A DNA stretch of 64,000 nt from Candidatus Heimdallarchaeum aukensis (GTDB lineage: Archaea > Asgardarchaeota > Heimdallarchaeia > Heimdallarchaeales > Heimdallarchaeaceae), in NCBI GenBank assembly GCA_021513695.1, contig CP084166.1, forward strand, positions 1,632,001 through 1,696,000, written 5' to 3'. Positions 41,947 through 51,661 of the stretch are shown here, in pieces (positions within the stretch are counted from its first letter, which is position 1; every line of letters starts with the position of its first letter). The position numbers and the translations under genes were made by a program. The notes under the pieces are model-generated. The model was not told where the DNA came from, did not search any database, and saw only the letters and a program-made list of their open reading frames with translations.

Positions 41947-43581
41947 TTGTTGCGATTTTTGTTTTCAATGATTAGTGGAAGCAAGTCTATTAGGGTGCCA
42001 ATATATGGAAAAAGAGGAATGGTTGCATCGAGTCAACCTTTAGCTTCAGAGGCAGGAATGAGGATCTTACAACAAGGAGGTAATGCTGCAGATGCAGCTG
42101 TTGCAGTTGCTGCTGCCCTAAATGTTACTGAACCCACCTCTACTGGAATAGGAGGAGACTGTTTTTGTTTGTATTGGGATAATAAGAAAAAAGAAGTTAC
42201 AGGAATTAATGGAAGTGGGAGAGCACCTAGTGAGTTATCTTTAGAGTTTTTACAAGAACAAGGGATAACAGATAGCTTACCACCCTTTAGTGTTCACACA
42301 GTAACAGTTCCTGGTGCTGCTGCAGGATGGGCAGACACTATAGAAAGATATGGAACAATGTCATTAAAAGAGGTTTTAGCTCCTGCTATCGAATTGGCTG
42401 AAGAAGGTTTTCCTGTTTCTCCAATAACTGCTTTTTTTTGGGATAGAGGTGTCACGCAATTAAAGAATGGGCCAAATGCAGAAGAGTTACTAATCAATGG
42501 AAGAGCACCAAGAGAAGGGGAAATAATGAAAAACCCCACATTAGCAAGCACATTTCGTGAATTAGCAGAACACGGAAAAGCGGGTTTTTACGAGGGTAGA
42601 ATAGCTGAATCTATCATTGATCTATTACAATCTCTTGGAGGAGTGATGACTTTAGAGGACCTAAAAAATCATAGAAGTACATTTGACAAGCCTATCTCCG
42701 TAAATTATAGGGGAGTTGATATTTTTGAAATTCCGCCTAATGGACAAGGAATAACAGCTTTAATTGCATTAAATATTCTTGAAGAGTTCGATCTCACAAA
42801 TATTCAACATTTATCTTCAGAATATTTTCATCTTCTTATTGAAATCATGAGAATTTCTTTTGCAGATACAAGGTGGTATGTAGCTGATCCTGATGTTGTT
42901 TCTGTTCCAACTTCTGAACTTCTCTCTAAAGAATATGCAATAGAAAGGAAAAAATTATTTAATCCAAAAAAAGCCACAATAGATGTTAAGAGAGGAACTC
43001 CTTTTTCCAGTTCAGATACAGTATATTTCTGCGTGGTTGATGGAGAAGGAAATGCCTGTAGTTTTATTAATTCGAATTATATGGGATTTGGAACAGGACT
43101 TATTCCAAAAAACTGTGGATTCACTCTGCAAAATAGAGGAGCTAATTTTTCTCTTGATCCAAAGCATCCAAATGCTTTAGCTCCAAACAAAAGACCATAT
43201 CACACAATAATACCAGGAATGGCAATAAAGAACAGAGAATTATACGCCCCCTTTGGTGTTATGGGGGGTTTCATGCAACCTCAAGGTCACGTTCAGATAT
43301 TAGTAAATATGATAGATTATGGCATGAATCCTCAACAAACACTAGATACACCCAGATTTTGCATCAGGGATGGAACAAGCAAGGGAAAAGTAGCTTTAGA
43401 AGAGAGTATAGATGTAACGGTAATGAGTGAATTAGCGAGAATGGGACACGAGGTTGTCCCAGTAACTGGCTGGGCAAGAGCTGTCTTTGGTAGAGGACAA
43501 ATAATTAAGAGAGATCCTGAAACTGGAGTTCTTTGTGGAGGAACAGACCCTAGAGCAGACGGTACAGTTATTGCATGGTAA
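41947..43581 (+). CDS. ggt: gamma-glutamyltranspeptidase (Ntn hydrolase)
   Basis: 544 aa; GGT family blocks (ASEAGMRILQQGGNAADAAVAVAAAL, GIGGDCF, the autoprocessing/catalytic region DTVYFCVVDGEGNACSFINS, GFTLQNRG). Confidence 0.8.
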   Translation: MLRFLFSMISGSKSIRVPIYGKRGMVASSQPLASEAGMRILQQGGNAADAAVAVAAALNVTEPTSTGIGGDCFCLYWDNKKKEVTGINGSGRAPSELSLEFLQEQGITDSLPPFSVHTVTVPGAAAGWADTIERYGTMSLKEVLAPAIELAEEGFPVSPITAFFWDRGVTQLKNGPNAEELLINGRAPREGEIMKNPTLASTFRELAEHGKAGFYEGRIAESIIDLLQSLGGVMTLEDLKNHRSTFDKPISVNYRGVDIFEIPPNGQGITALIALNILEEFDLTNIQHLSSEYFHLLIEIMRISFADTRWYVADPDVVSVPTSELLSKEYAIERKKLFNPKKATIDVKRGTPFSSSDTVYFCVVDGEGNACSFINSNYMGFGTGLIPKNCGFTLQNRGANFSLDPKHPNALAPNKRPYHTIIPGMAIKNRELYAPFGVMGGFMQPQGHVQILVNMIDYGMNPQQTLDTPRFCIRDGTSKGKVALEESIDVTVMSELARMGHEVVPVTGWARAVFGRGQIIKRDPETGVLCGGTDPRADGTVIAW

Positions 43582-43599
43582 AAGAAGGACTTTAATAAA

Positions 43600-45042
43600 T
43601 TAATTTGAAAAGACTAGAGATTTTACTACCACGGGAACAACCAAACCTCCTGCTTTAGGTTTGTCTATATCTATAAAATCTCCTTCTTCCACATCTATTT
43701 CATCAATAGAAACAATATTCTGTTTAACAGCTGTTTCTCTCACCATCACATTTCCTACAGAATTTGCTATATCTTTTTCAAAAACCAAGATAACTGGTAA
43801 TTCATTCTCTATTGTCTTGGGAATTGCTTTTTCTATCCCTTTTACAAAAGTAGTTAAACCTGCATAAGAACCACCTATTGCGCCCTTGAAGAGCAATGCA
43901 ACAACATCTTGGCCATCTATCTTATCAAACAGTTTATAACTTTTAATTATAGCTTTTGAAACAGTTTCAATACTTAACTGCTTTCCATTTAACTTTGGTT
44001 CGATTACAGGAATATTGTGTAAAGGTAGAATATCATTGTCAGAAACGTGTGTTGTAACACCAGAAACTTTGAGAGTATACTGTCCCGCACCTATTACTGT
44101 TGCTCTGATGAGCTCTTTAGGGGTATAAAGAGACAAGTTATGTTTTTTCACTAACTTTAGAATTTCAATACCCAAGTACTTACCAAGATCATTGTAATCT
44201 TCAGTTGTCCGTTCATAAATATATTCTGCCACGCCTCCAGAAAATGAATATTGATCAATTTCCTCTTCAAATGAAAGGGGATTAGTCATAAGCAAGTTTT
44301 GTGCAAGATTTGATGAATTTTTTTTGAAGAGGAGATCAAACAAACTTTCTGCGAGATATTTAGCTATTTTTTGCTTCGTTTCTTCAGAAATAGAAATTCC
44401 ATAGTCAAACTTTATTCCAATTATTGGCTCAAGATGACGAATGGGTTCTTCTATTCGAATGATTCTATTCTCGGAGTCAAAAGCTAATAATCTTCCTCCC
44501 ACATTTACACATGAAGCATCTACAACTTTACCATTGGAAACAACTGCAATATTAGATGTACCGCCACCAATATCAATATTAATAACATTTTTTTTATTTT
44601 CTTTTGAATACTTAACTGCTCCAGAACCCATAGCAGCAATAACGGATTCAAAATTGGGTCCTGCTGTAGCAGCAACAAATCGACCAGCTTTGTGTGCAAG
44701 AGCTTTTACTAAGTCTTCAGCATTGTGTTTTTTTGCGCTTTCACCAGTGATTATCACAGCTCCTGTGTCAATATCTTCTGGTTTAATATTTGCTTTTTTG
44801 TACTCTTCTTTAAGAAATTTGATGAGTTCAAAGTAGTCAATAGTTTGATTTTCAATATCAATTGGAGTAAGAATTATATTTCCTCTGTATAATATTTTTC
44901 TTTCTGTAACTTCGAATTTTAATCTTCCTTGTGGAGAATATACTTTCTCCAGCTTTAATAAAGAATACACAATGTGGCTTGTGGTAGTTCCTACATCGAT
45001 CCCTAGACTTTTCAAGTATATAGGTTTGTGCTCCTCATCCAT
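43600..45042 (-). CDS. EutA-like (ethanolamine-utilisation reactivase family) ASKHA-fold ATPase
   Basis: 480 aa; actin-fold phosphate motifs (LGIDVGTTTSHIV, GAVIITGESAKKHNA, NIDIGGGTSNIAV) in EutA-like order and spacing; no eutBC nearby. Confidence 0.4.
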   Translation of the reverse strand: MDEEHKPIYLKSLGIDVGTTTSHIVYSLLKLEKVYSPQGRLKFEVTERKILYRGNIILTPIDIENQTIDYFELIKFLKEEYKKANIKPEDIDTGAVIITGESAKKHNAEDLVKALAHKAGRFVAATAGPNFESVIAAMGSGAVKYSKENKKNVINIDIGGGTSNIAVVSNGKVVDASCVNVGGRLLAFDSENRIIRIEEPIRHLEPIIGIKFDYGISISEETKQKIAKYLAESLFDLLFKKNSSNLAQNLLMTNPLSFEEEIDQYSFSGGVAEYIYERTTEDYNDLGKYLGIEILKLVKKHNLSLYTPKELIRATVIGAGQYTLKVSGVTTHVSDNDILPLHNIPVIEPKLNGKQLSIETVSKAIIKSYKLFDKIDGQDVVALLFKGAIGGSYAGLTTFVKGIEKAIPKTIENELPVILVFEKDIANSVGNVMVRETAVKQNIVSIDEIDVEEGDFIDIDKPKAGGLVVPVVVKSLVFSN

Positions 45043-45184
45043 CCTAGTTCATAAAAAGGGATTCTACCTCTCTTTTAAATCTTTGTTTAAACGATAGATT
45101 ACAAATGGATTTTATTGATTTTCAAAACACGCCCAAAAAAACAATAAACTTTAAAATGTCTAATAAAACACCTAATTTAGATTA

Positions 45185-46174
45185 GTGATGTCGCAATTAA
45201 ATGTTGAAAAAACAGATTCATCTGAAGAAACTAAACTTGGTCCAAGAACAGAAAAAGAAGTTTGGCAAGATTGGGGAAAAAGTATTCTTTCATGGCTAAC
45301 TGATAAAATTCATTCTCCAATGGGTGTTTGGTTTATCAGTATCTGGTTAGTGAGTATCATCACAATGGGAATCACAAATATATTAAGAGGAGAATCATTT
45401 TTCAAGGGACCTAGTTACTGGATAGGAACGTTTCTTACTTATGGTTTGAATGTTGGACAAGATCCTACGTACAGATTCATTGCTAAGCCAGTAATTAATT
45501 GGATTTTCGCTCCAATGGTTGTCATTACTTTAGGGATAACCCTATTTGTTTTACCAGATTGTGGATTCTTTAGAAATGGAGCTTTTCCAAAAGAAGAACT
45601 TGATTTCCAAAAAACATATATGTTTTTCAACACTGAAGTCTGGGGAAGCGATTTAGTTAACCCAAATCATCCAAAATGGACAGCAATGTATCTTTGGATA
45701 GTGTGGATGCCAGTAATTCTAGGAACTGCAATTGCGTCTATATACAATTTTATCGTATTTAAGAAAATCCAAAAAAGAAAAAGAGCTATTCCGAAACCAA
45801 CTAACAGCTTACTATATAGCTTGATAGCATCTTTTATCGTTGGGATTGCAATGGCTCTAATGACAGGTAATATAGAGCTACGCTTTAGTGGAATCTTAAG
45901 ATCAATATTCATTGAAAGAAAGACAAATAGCTTCTTTATTTACGGAACTCAATACAATCTAAGTGGTCAATATCATCCCATTGGTTTAGCATTAACAATG
46001 TGGTTGATTAATTTTATACCCTTTGCTATTGTTTATCTGATGTTTTTGATCACAATGAATATTGATAAAATATGGATAAATAGAGAAAAAATTATTGAAA
46101 ATATAAAGACAAAAATAAAAAGAGAAAAAGTTGTTGATTTATTCCACGAGCAGCAAAAAATAAATCAAAACTAA
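45185..46174 (+). CDS. polytopic membrane protein, unknown function
   Basis: 329 aa; multiple hydrophobic helices, Trp-rich; no motif. Confidence 0.4.
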   Translation: MMSQLNVEKTDSSEETKLGPRTEKEVWQDWGKSILSWLTDKIHSPMGVWFISIWLVSIITMGITNILRGESFFKGPSYWIGTFLTYGLNVGQDPTYRFIAKPVINWIFAPMVVITLGITLFVLPDCGFFRNGAFPKEELDFQKTYMFFNTEVWGSDLVNPNHPKWTAMYLWIVWMPVILGTAIASIYNFIVFKKIQKRKRAIPKPTNSLLYSLIASFIVGIAMALMTGNIELRFSGILRSIFIERKTNSFFIYGTQYNLSGQYHPIGLALTMWLINFIPFAIVYLMFLITMNIDKIWINREKIIENIKTKIKREKVVDLFHEQQKINQN

Positions 46175-46321
46175 TTTCTACAAATTTTTTCTTTTTTTCA
46201 GTTAAAGTCATTTAAATGCTTATAAAGGAACAATACTGAGAAGAATTTTTATGTTAAATCAACTGTATTAAATGGAATAATATATAATTCAAAGAAAAAT
46301 AAGTATAGTAGAAAGAAATAA

Positions 46322-47248
46322 ATGAACACCAATACTAGTTTAAAAAACAAATTTGATTCAAGTAGTAAAACAAAAGTTGTTTTATTAGCGGAGGATTTAA
46401 TAAAAATTTATAAAACAGGCGAAAGTGAAACACAAGCACTTAGAGGTGTTTCGCTGAAAGTTCATGAAGGAGAAAAAGTTTTTCTTATTGGTCCATCTGG
46501 AAGCGGAAAAACAACGTTAGTAAACATTCTAGCAGGAATTGATAAACCTACTTCTGGCAAAGTGTTTTGGGGAGATTTAAATGAAGATATCACAAGAAGC
46601 TCTCATGAAGAGATTATAAGAAATAGAAGAAATTATGTAGGAGTAATTTTTCAAGATTCAAAGCTTATACCACATTTAACAGTAGAAGAGAACATTAGAT
46701 TAACTGCTCATTATGCTAATTTAGACTTTGAAGAGACAGAGAGAAGATTAGAATTTATCCTAAAATTTATGGGGATATGGGATAAGAGAAATAAAAAACA
46801 GAACAGACTGTCAGGAGGAGAACAAAAAAGAGCAGCAATTGCCTCCACTTTAATTACGAACCCTAGAATAATTATAGGAGACGAACCGACAGGCAATCTA
46901 GATATAGTAACGTCTAGTAAAATTCTGGACTTGTTGGATAAAATTAACGTAGAATTAAATGTTGCTCTACTAATAGTCACCCACTCACAACTCGTCGCAC
47001 AAAGAGCTGATAGAATTATAGAATTTAGCGATGGAGTAATTCTAGCGCAGCATGGTAAGGATATACGTTTAAGAGAGCTAAAGCAAACCAGAGAATTAGA
47101 AATAGATAGACAAAATAGAATCCACATTCCACAATCAATTCTTGAAGAACTAAATAATCCAAAACATTTTACAATAAATTTAGAAAACAAAAAAATAGTC
47201 TTAAAACCCATATATCAACAAGAAGATGAAAATGAAAATAATAGCTAA
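46322..47248 (+). CDS. ABC ATPase (FtsE/LolD/MacB-type) fused to a C-terminal AbrB/SpoVT-like swapped-hairpin domain
   Basis: 308 aa; Walker A GPSGSGKTT, signature LSGGEQKRAAIA, Walker B IIIGDEPTGNLD; the C-terminal ~60 aa (RIHIPQSILEEL...HFTINLENKKIVLKP) matches the AbrB/MazE/SpoVT pattern. Confidence 0.65.
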   Translation: MNTNTSLKNKFDSSSKTKVVLLAEDLIKIYKTGESETQALRGVSLKVHEGEKVFLIGPSGSGKTTLVNILAGIDKPTSGKVFWGDLNEDITRSSHEEIIRNRRNYVGVIFQDSKLIPHLTVEENIRLTAHYANLDFEETERRLEFILKFMGIWDKRNKKQNRLSGGEQKRAAIASTLITNPRIIIGDEPTGNLDIVTSSKILDLLDKINVELNVALLIVTHSQLVAQRADRIIEFSDGVILAQHGKDIRLRELKQTRELEIDRQNRIHIPQSILEELNNPKHFTINLENKKIVLKPIYQQEDENENNS

Positions 47249-47309
47249 AGCTAGAACTGCATTACATCATATATTTAAATCTAAAACAAAATCGTGAGAG
47301 AGTATCAAA

Positions 47310-47759
47310 ATGAAAGAGGACAATAAAGTATTAAACAATAAAAAGGAAATAAAAAATCAAGCGAAAATTGAGAAAACGCAAATAAAAGCTAAATGGGATG
47401 TAATTTTACTTACAGGCTTTTTTTCATCGTTGTTATTTTTTATATTAGATGTAATAATAGTGCTCATTTTCATACTTGGTTTAAAGAGAGATGCAATATT
47501 AACTCTTGTAGCGTTTGAATATGTTTTATTAGGAGAAGTAGCAATTGTTGTAATATGGGGGGCTTGTATAGGAAATATAAAACAATCAGTTGTAATTCAA
47601 AAGGTAAAAGAAAAAATTACAAAGTCTGAAACAATAAACAAATTTACGATTAAAGAAGCTACTTTCAATGCCATTTCATACTATTTTGCTGGGCTATTTC
47701 TATTCATTTATCTGATTGTTCTTCATAAAATATTGCAAATTTTGGTTAAAATTGCATAA
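47310..47759 (+). CDS. small membrane protein (3 TM), unknown
   Basis: 149 aa; Lys-rich N-terminus then hydrophobic helices. Confidence 0.35.
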   Translation: MKEDNKVLNNKKEIKNQAKIEKTQIKAKWDVILLTGFFSSLLFFILDVIIVLIFILGLKRDAILTLVAFEYVLLGEVAIVVIWGACIGNIKQSVVIQKVKEKITKSETINKFTIKEATFNAISYYFAGLFLFIYLIVLHKILQILVKIA

Positions 47760-47923
47760 AAAGTAATAAGTAAAAAACTATGAATTTCAGTTAAAAATTT
47801 AAGAAAAACATGTTTAATTTAAATTTATCTGCTTATAATACCCAAAAAGTTTATTAAGTTTCTGTTGATTCTATAATTGCCTCCATTTATTTACTTTAGA
47901 TGGAAAAAAAGGTGAAATAAAAA

Positions 47924-49690
47924 ATGAATAAAAAAGCATTTTTAGGGATTGCACTGATATTTGTTGTTAGTGCATCAATGATCCCAGCATCCGCTGCAGA
48001 AGGAGACATTATACCTGCTTTCTATATTAACTTACTATCACCTAACACCAACCCTGCCAGAAATCAATGGGCTGCATTAATGGAAAACCAATTACCAAAA
48101 ATAGGAATTGGTATAGCTTTCCATGAGTCCACTGGTTGGGGTAACATCATGCCTCGTACATGGGCTTATCCAGTTGGTGAAGAAGGTAAGTTTGACTACA
48201 TCCCAACATATGAAGATGGTGGTTATGACATCCTTTTTGTAGGTTGGAGCTGGGGATTAGATTGGGATCCAACAGGTCTTTATGATTCAGCCAGTATTGT
48301 TCCTGCTGGAGACAATATGTACCAATACAGTAATCCTACTTTTGATGAAAAACTAGTAGAATATACTACTGAACTTGATGATACTGCTCGTATCGCTAAG
48401 GCTAAAGAATTACAAGCTATTCTCTATGATGATTTACCAGCAATTACACTCATCTATCCTAGAGAAGTATTTGGATTCTCTAAAGCTTTGAGTGGAATTG
48501 ATACCCTATTATTAGGTACAAGTGCTCATCGTCCAGAAAACTGGAGAACAACAGAAGCTGATTCTACCATTACTTATGCACTTCCTGCTGAATTAACAGA
48601 ATATAACATCTTTGTCCAAGAATCATATTATGATGCTCAATGGATGAGCTGTGTCTACTATGGTCTCTTCGGACGAAGTCAAGATGAACACTTAATGGTA
48701 CCAGTTTTAGCTGACAGTTACACTGTTTCAGACGATAAATTGGTATTCACTGTTGATATTAGTCCTGATGCCTACTTCAGCAATGGAGATCCAGTAACTG
48801 CATATGATGTTGACTACACATATGAATTACACATGACCCCTGCAGTTGCATCCAGTTCTTATGGTTATCTAACAACCTTCTTTGAGGACAATGATTCAAT
48901 TGTAGCTTTGGATGATGATACCGTTCAATTTACTTTGAAACAACCATATGCTTTCGCATTAGGTCTTCTAAGTTATGGTATAATCAACAAGAACTTAGTT
49001 CAAGCATACATTGATGAAAACGGTTATGACATGGGAGCTCTAGATACTGCTTTAGTTACTGGAGCAGGTCCATACATGCTAGACATTAATGACTATGACA
49101 CAGCTACAAGCACTGTAACTCTACATCCCAATCCTCATTGGGCTTTAACAGATGATGATCTTGTTGAAAGTTTAATCTTCACATTCATATCTGGTAAAGA
49201 TACAGCCATTGCTGCTCTCGCTGATGGAACAGTAGATATTGTTGACTCACAATACGCTCCTGTTGAATCAGATTATGAGGGAATTGATGCAAACGTTGTA
49301 GTTGCTAAAACTCCAGCTACACAAGAAATGGCTATTAACTTGAAGCACCCAATCATTGGTACTGGAGAACTCACTCCTGCTGGAACAGCTGATGCAGCAA
49401 AAAGCATCAGAAAAGCAATTAGCCATGCTGTTCCTCGTGACACCATCGTAACAGAAATTCTACAAGGTCTTGGAGCACCTGGTGTAAACCCAATGCCTGA
49501 TGCTTCAGTAGGTTTTGACACCAGTTTAGAACCATACACCTATGATCTTGAATTAGCTAAATCTTTGATTGAAGCTGCTGGATACACATTAGAAACTGAA
49601 ACAGCTGTTAAAACTGGAATCGCAGGATTAGTTTTCATTTCCTTCTTAGGTGTTGCTTCTTTAGTAGCATTAAGAAGATTTAGAAAATAA
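47924..49690 (+). CDS. extracellular solute-binding protein, family 5 (peptide/oligopeptide/nickel SBP-like) with signal peptide and C-terminal TM anchor
   Basis: 588 aa; signal peptide MNKKAFLGIALIFVVSASMIPASA; SBP_bac_5-like blocks (YSNPTFDEKL, GAGPYML); C-terminal helix GIAGLVFISFLGVASLVALRRFRK. Confidence 0.55.
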   Translation: MNKKAFLGIALIFVVSASMIPASAAEGDIIPAFYINLLSPNTNPARNQWAALMENQLPKIGIGIAFHESTGWGNIMPRTWAYPVGEEGKFDYIPTYEDGGYDILFVGWSWGLDWDPTGLYDSASIVPAGDNMYQYSNPTFDEKLVEYTTELDDTARIAKAKELQAILYDDLPAITLIYPREVFGFSKALSGIDTLLLGTSAHRPENWRTTEADSTITYALPAELTEYNIFVQESYYDAQWMSCVYYGLFGRSQDEHLMVPVLADSYTVSDDKLVFTVDISPDAYFSNGDPVTAYDVDYTYELHMTPAVASSSYGYLTTFFEDNDSIVALDDDTVQFTLKQPYAFALGLLSYGIINKNLVQAYIDENGYDMGALDTALVTGAGPYMLDINDYDTATSTVTLHPNPHWALTDDDLVESLIFTFISGKDTAIAALADGTVDIVDSQYAPVESDYEGIDANVVVAKTPATQEMAINLKHPIIGTGELTPAGTADAAKSIRKAISHAVPRDTIVTEILQGLGAPGVNPMPDASVGFDTSLEPYTYDLELAKSLIEAAGYTLETETAVKTGIAGLVFISFLGVASLVALRRFRK

Positions 49691-49844
49691 AATTAAATTT
49701 CTTTTTTTTTCTTTTTATTTATTGATAAAATGTTTTATCTGTAGGCTATTTGTACATTCTCTGAAATTGTGTTTAGCTTTTGTAACAATTCTTAGAAATA
49801 TAGACCCTGAAAAATGAGAGGTTTACTAACTCTTTTATGGCTTT

Positions 49845-50171
49845 TTATTCTTTGGATTGTTTTTTAGCAAACTCACTTATTGGAAAAATTAGACCGAGTT
49901 CTATTAATAGAGTAAGCATCTTTTTGAAATTAACTACCTTGTAGGTTTTTTTAAGAGAAATTTGCTTTACCATTCTATTCTTAATCAGATAATTCAAACA
50001 TTTTTCTACTGATTCATGATTGATTCCTGTCACTTCAGCTAGTTCATCAAGTGTCATTCCTTCTTCATACATACTGAGTGAAACACCTACAACGCCTAAA
50101 TTTATTCTTTCCATTACTTCAGTTGGTAACATTTCAGAAAGATCTTTTTTTTCTTCAGTTTTTTCATCCAT
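49845..50171 (-). CDS. small winged-HTH DNA-binding protein
   Basis: 108 aa; HTH segment MTLDELAEVTGINHESVEKCLNYLIKNRMV. Confidence 0.4.
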   Translation of the reverse strand: MDEKTEEKKDLSEMLPTEVMERINLGVVGVSLSMYEEGMTLDELAEVTGINHESVEKCLNYLIKNRMVKQISLKKTYKVVNFKKMLTLLIELGLIFPISEFAKKQSKE

Positions 50172-50183
50172 TTTAACTACACC

Positions 50184-50774
50184 TCACTTTTTAGTGAGAA
50201 CTTTTTCAAAATAGGATTCTACGAGATGAGGAGGAATGCCAATATCTTTCAACTGTTTTTTGATTTCAAGCACATTATGCTCTTCTTTTAATTCCTTGTA
50301 TTGGAAAGCTATAAATTCTCCATATTCCCAAGGATAAACTATCCATTTATCTGTTAAAGTAATGTAAAAATCTGGTACAATTACACTATGTTTTTTATAA
50401 TGTAGTGTCGCAGTTTTGATAGATTTTGGCTCTTTTGATTTTATGTGTTCCACTGCAGCCTGAAGACTTTTTCCTGAATCAGCTACGTCATCTACTATCA
50501 ATATTTTTTTATTTTTTACTTCAGCTGTTAGTTCTTGTGTTATAATTGGATTTTCTCTTACTTGTGAAGTATCTCGATAAAATTCTATTTTTATATTAGC
50601 GGTAAATTTATTTCCATAGAAATCAGAAAGCAATCGAGCTGGAATCCACCCACCACGAGCGATACCCACAATGATATCAGGAAATTCGTTAGCATTTATT
50701 AGTTTTTCAAACAAATAGTAACACATGTTGTATGCTTCATCCCAGCTTATTATTTCATACTGCAAAACTAGCAC
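50184..50774 (-). CDS. purine phosphoribosyltransferase (type I PRT, HGPRT/XGPRT-like)
   Basis: 196 aa; PRPP-binding motif ILIVDDVADSGKSL. Confidence 0.65.
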   Translation of the reverse strand: MLVLQYEIISWDEAYNMCYYLFEKLINANEFPDIIVGIARGGWIPARLLSDFYGNKFTANIKIEFYRDTSQVRENPIITQELTAEVKNKKILIVDDVADSGKSLQAAVEHIKSKEPKSIKTATLHYKKHSVIVPDFYITLTDKWIVYPWEYGEFIAFQYKELKEEHNVLEIKKQLKDIGIPPHLVESYFEKVLTKK

Positions 50775-50822
50775 CTCAAGGATATATATCTGTTAAAGCT
50801 AATTTTTAAAAATATTGTTAAA

Positions 50823-50831
50823 GCTGCTACA
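50823..50831. repeat. target-site duplication, left copy (GCTGCTACA)
   Basis: identical 9-mer directly flanks both IS termini. Confidence 0.65.
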
Positions 50832-51593
50832 GGTAGTGTCTAGTTTTCTTCCGACAAAATATTTGTGGGGACTCTAATAGTAAGATATGAAAACACAAAA
50901 ACTATCTACTCTTTTTAAGAGATGCAGAGTCCCCAAAAAAATAATAATAAAAGCGATTTATGAATATATTGGTTCAAAGAATGGTTTGAGGACAGTAGCA
51001 TGGAAGAATGGTTTAACGCATCAAACATTATGGTATTGGGTAAAGAAGTTCAGGCTCTTTAGGGAAAGTTTACATAGAGTTGTAGCAGAGAGAGGGGGAA
51101 TGCCAGAGATTATAGTAGTAGATGAAACAGAGATTAAGACCTCTCAAGGCTCAATGTATATGTGGTTCGCGTTAGATCCTTACAACAAGACTTTACTGGG
51201 TTTTAGTATTACTAAAGGACGGAGTAATCTTGAATGTTTACTAACTTTCCGTTATTGGCTCAAATGTTGGGGTTTTAAGCCCCGTATTGTCGTTACAGAT
51301 GCAGGAGTATGGTATCCTGTCTTACTTCGTCTCGGTATCAAAATCTCCGTTATCAAAGGTGGTTTACGCTCCTATATTGAACGTTTTAATGCTACTCTTA
51401 AGAGTTATCGTTGGTTTCATTCTATTCTCCACTGCACTTGTCCTATCCGTGCCGTCTATGGCTCTACTCATCTTTCTGGTTTTCTTACTCTCTTTATGCT
51501 CCATTATAATTTCGTTCGTCCTCATCAGAGCTTGGGACATCCTCCCCTTAGTTCCTTTTTACCTAGGAGGTGGTATAAAAACTAGACACTACC
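50832..51593 (+). mobile_element. complete IS6-family insertion sequence (762 bp) with 16-bp perfect terminal inverted repeats and a 9-bp target-site duplication
   Basis: IR-L GGTAGTGTCTAGTTTT (50832-50847) is the exact reverse complement of IR-R AAAACTAGACACTACC (51578-51593); direct repeat GCTGCTACA at 50823-50831 and 51594-51602; single transposase ORF inside. Confidence 0.75.
50887..51585 (+). CDS. IS6-family DDE transposase
   Basis: 232 aa; N-terminal HTH; DDE-region blocks with IS6-like spacing (VVDETEIK...YMWFALDP, IVVTDAGVWY, HYNFVRPHQSLG). Confidence 0.7.
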   Translation: MKTQKLSTLFKRCRVPKKIIIKAIYEYIGSKNGLRTVAWKNGLTHQTLWYWVKKFRLFRESLHRVVAERGGMPEIIVVDETEIKTSQGSMYMWFALDPYNKTLLGFSITKGRSNLECLLTFRYWLKCWGFKPRIVVTDAGVWYPVLLRLGIKISVIKGGLRSYIERFNATLKSYRWFHSILHCTCPIRAVYGSTHLSGFLTLFMLHYNFVRPHQSLGHPPLSSFLPRRWYKN

Positions 51594-51602
51594 GCTGCTA
51601 CA
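51594..51602. repeat. target-site duplication, right copy (GCTGCTACA)
   Basis: identical 9-mer directly flanks both IS termini. Confidence 0.65.
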
Positions 51603-51661
51603 ACCCCTTAATATTATAAAAGTATCTTAGAAAAGTATTTAATACGTGAATCTTATCTTTA

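Noticed and set aside
51287-51619. 110-aa ORF inside the IS element
   Set aside because: It overlaps the transposase reading frame out of phase and runs through the right inverted repeat. It has no motif and is an artefact of the AT-rich, stop-poor frame.
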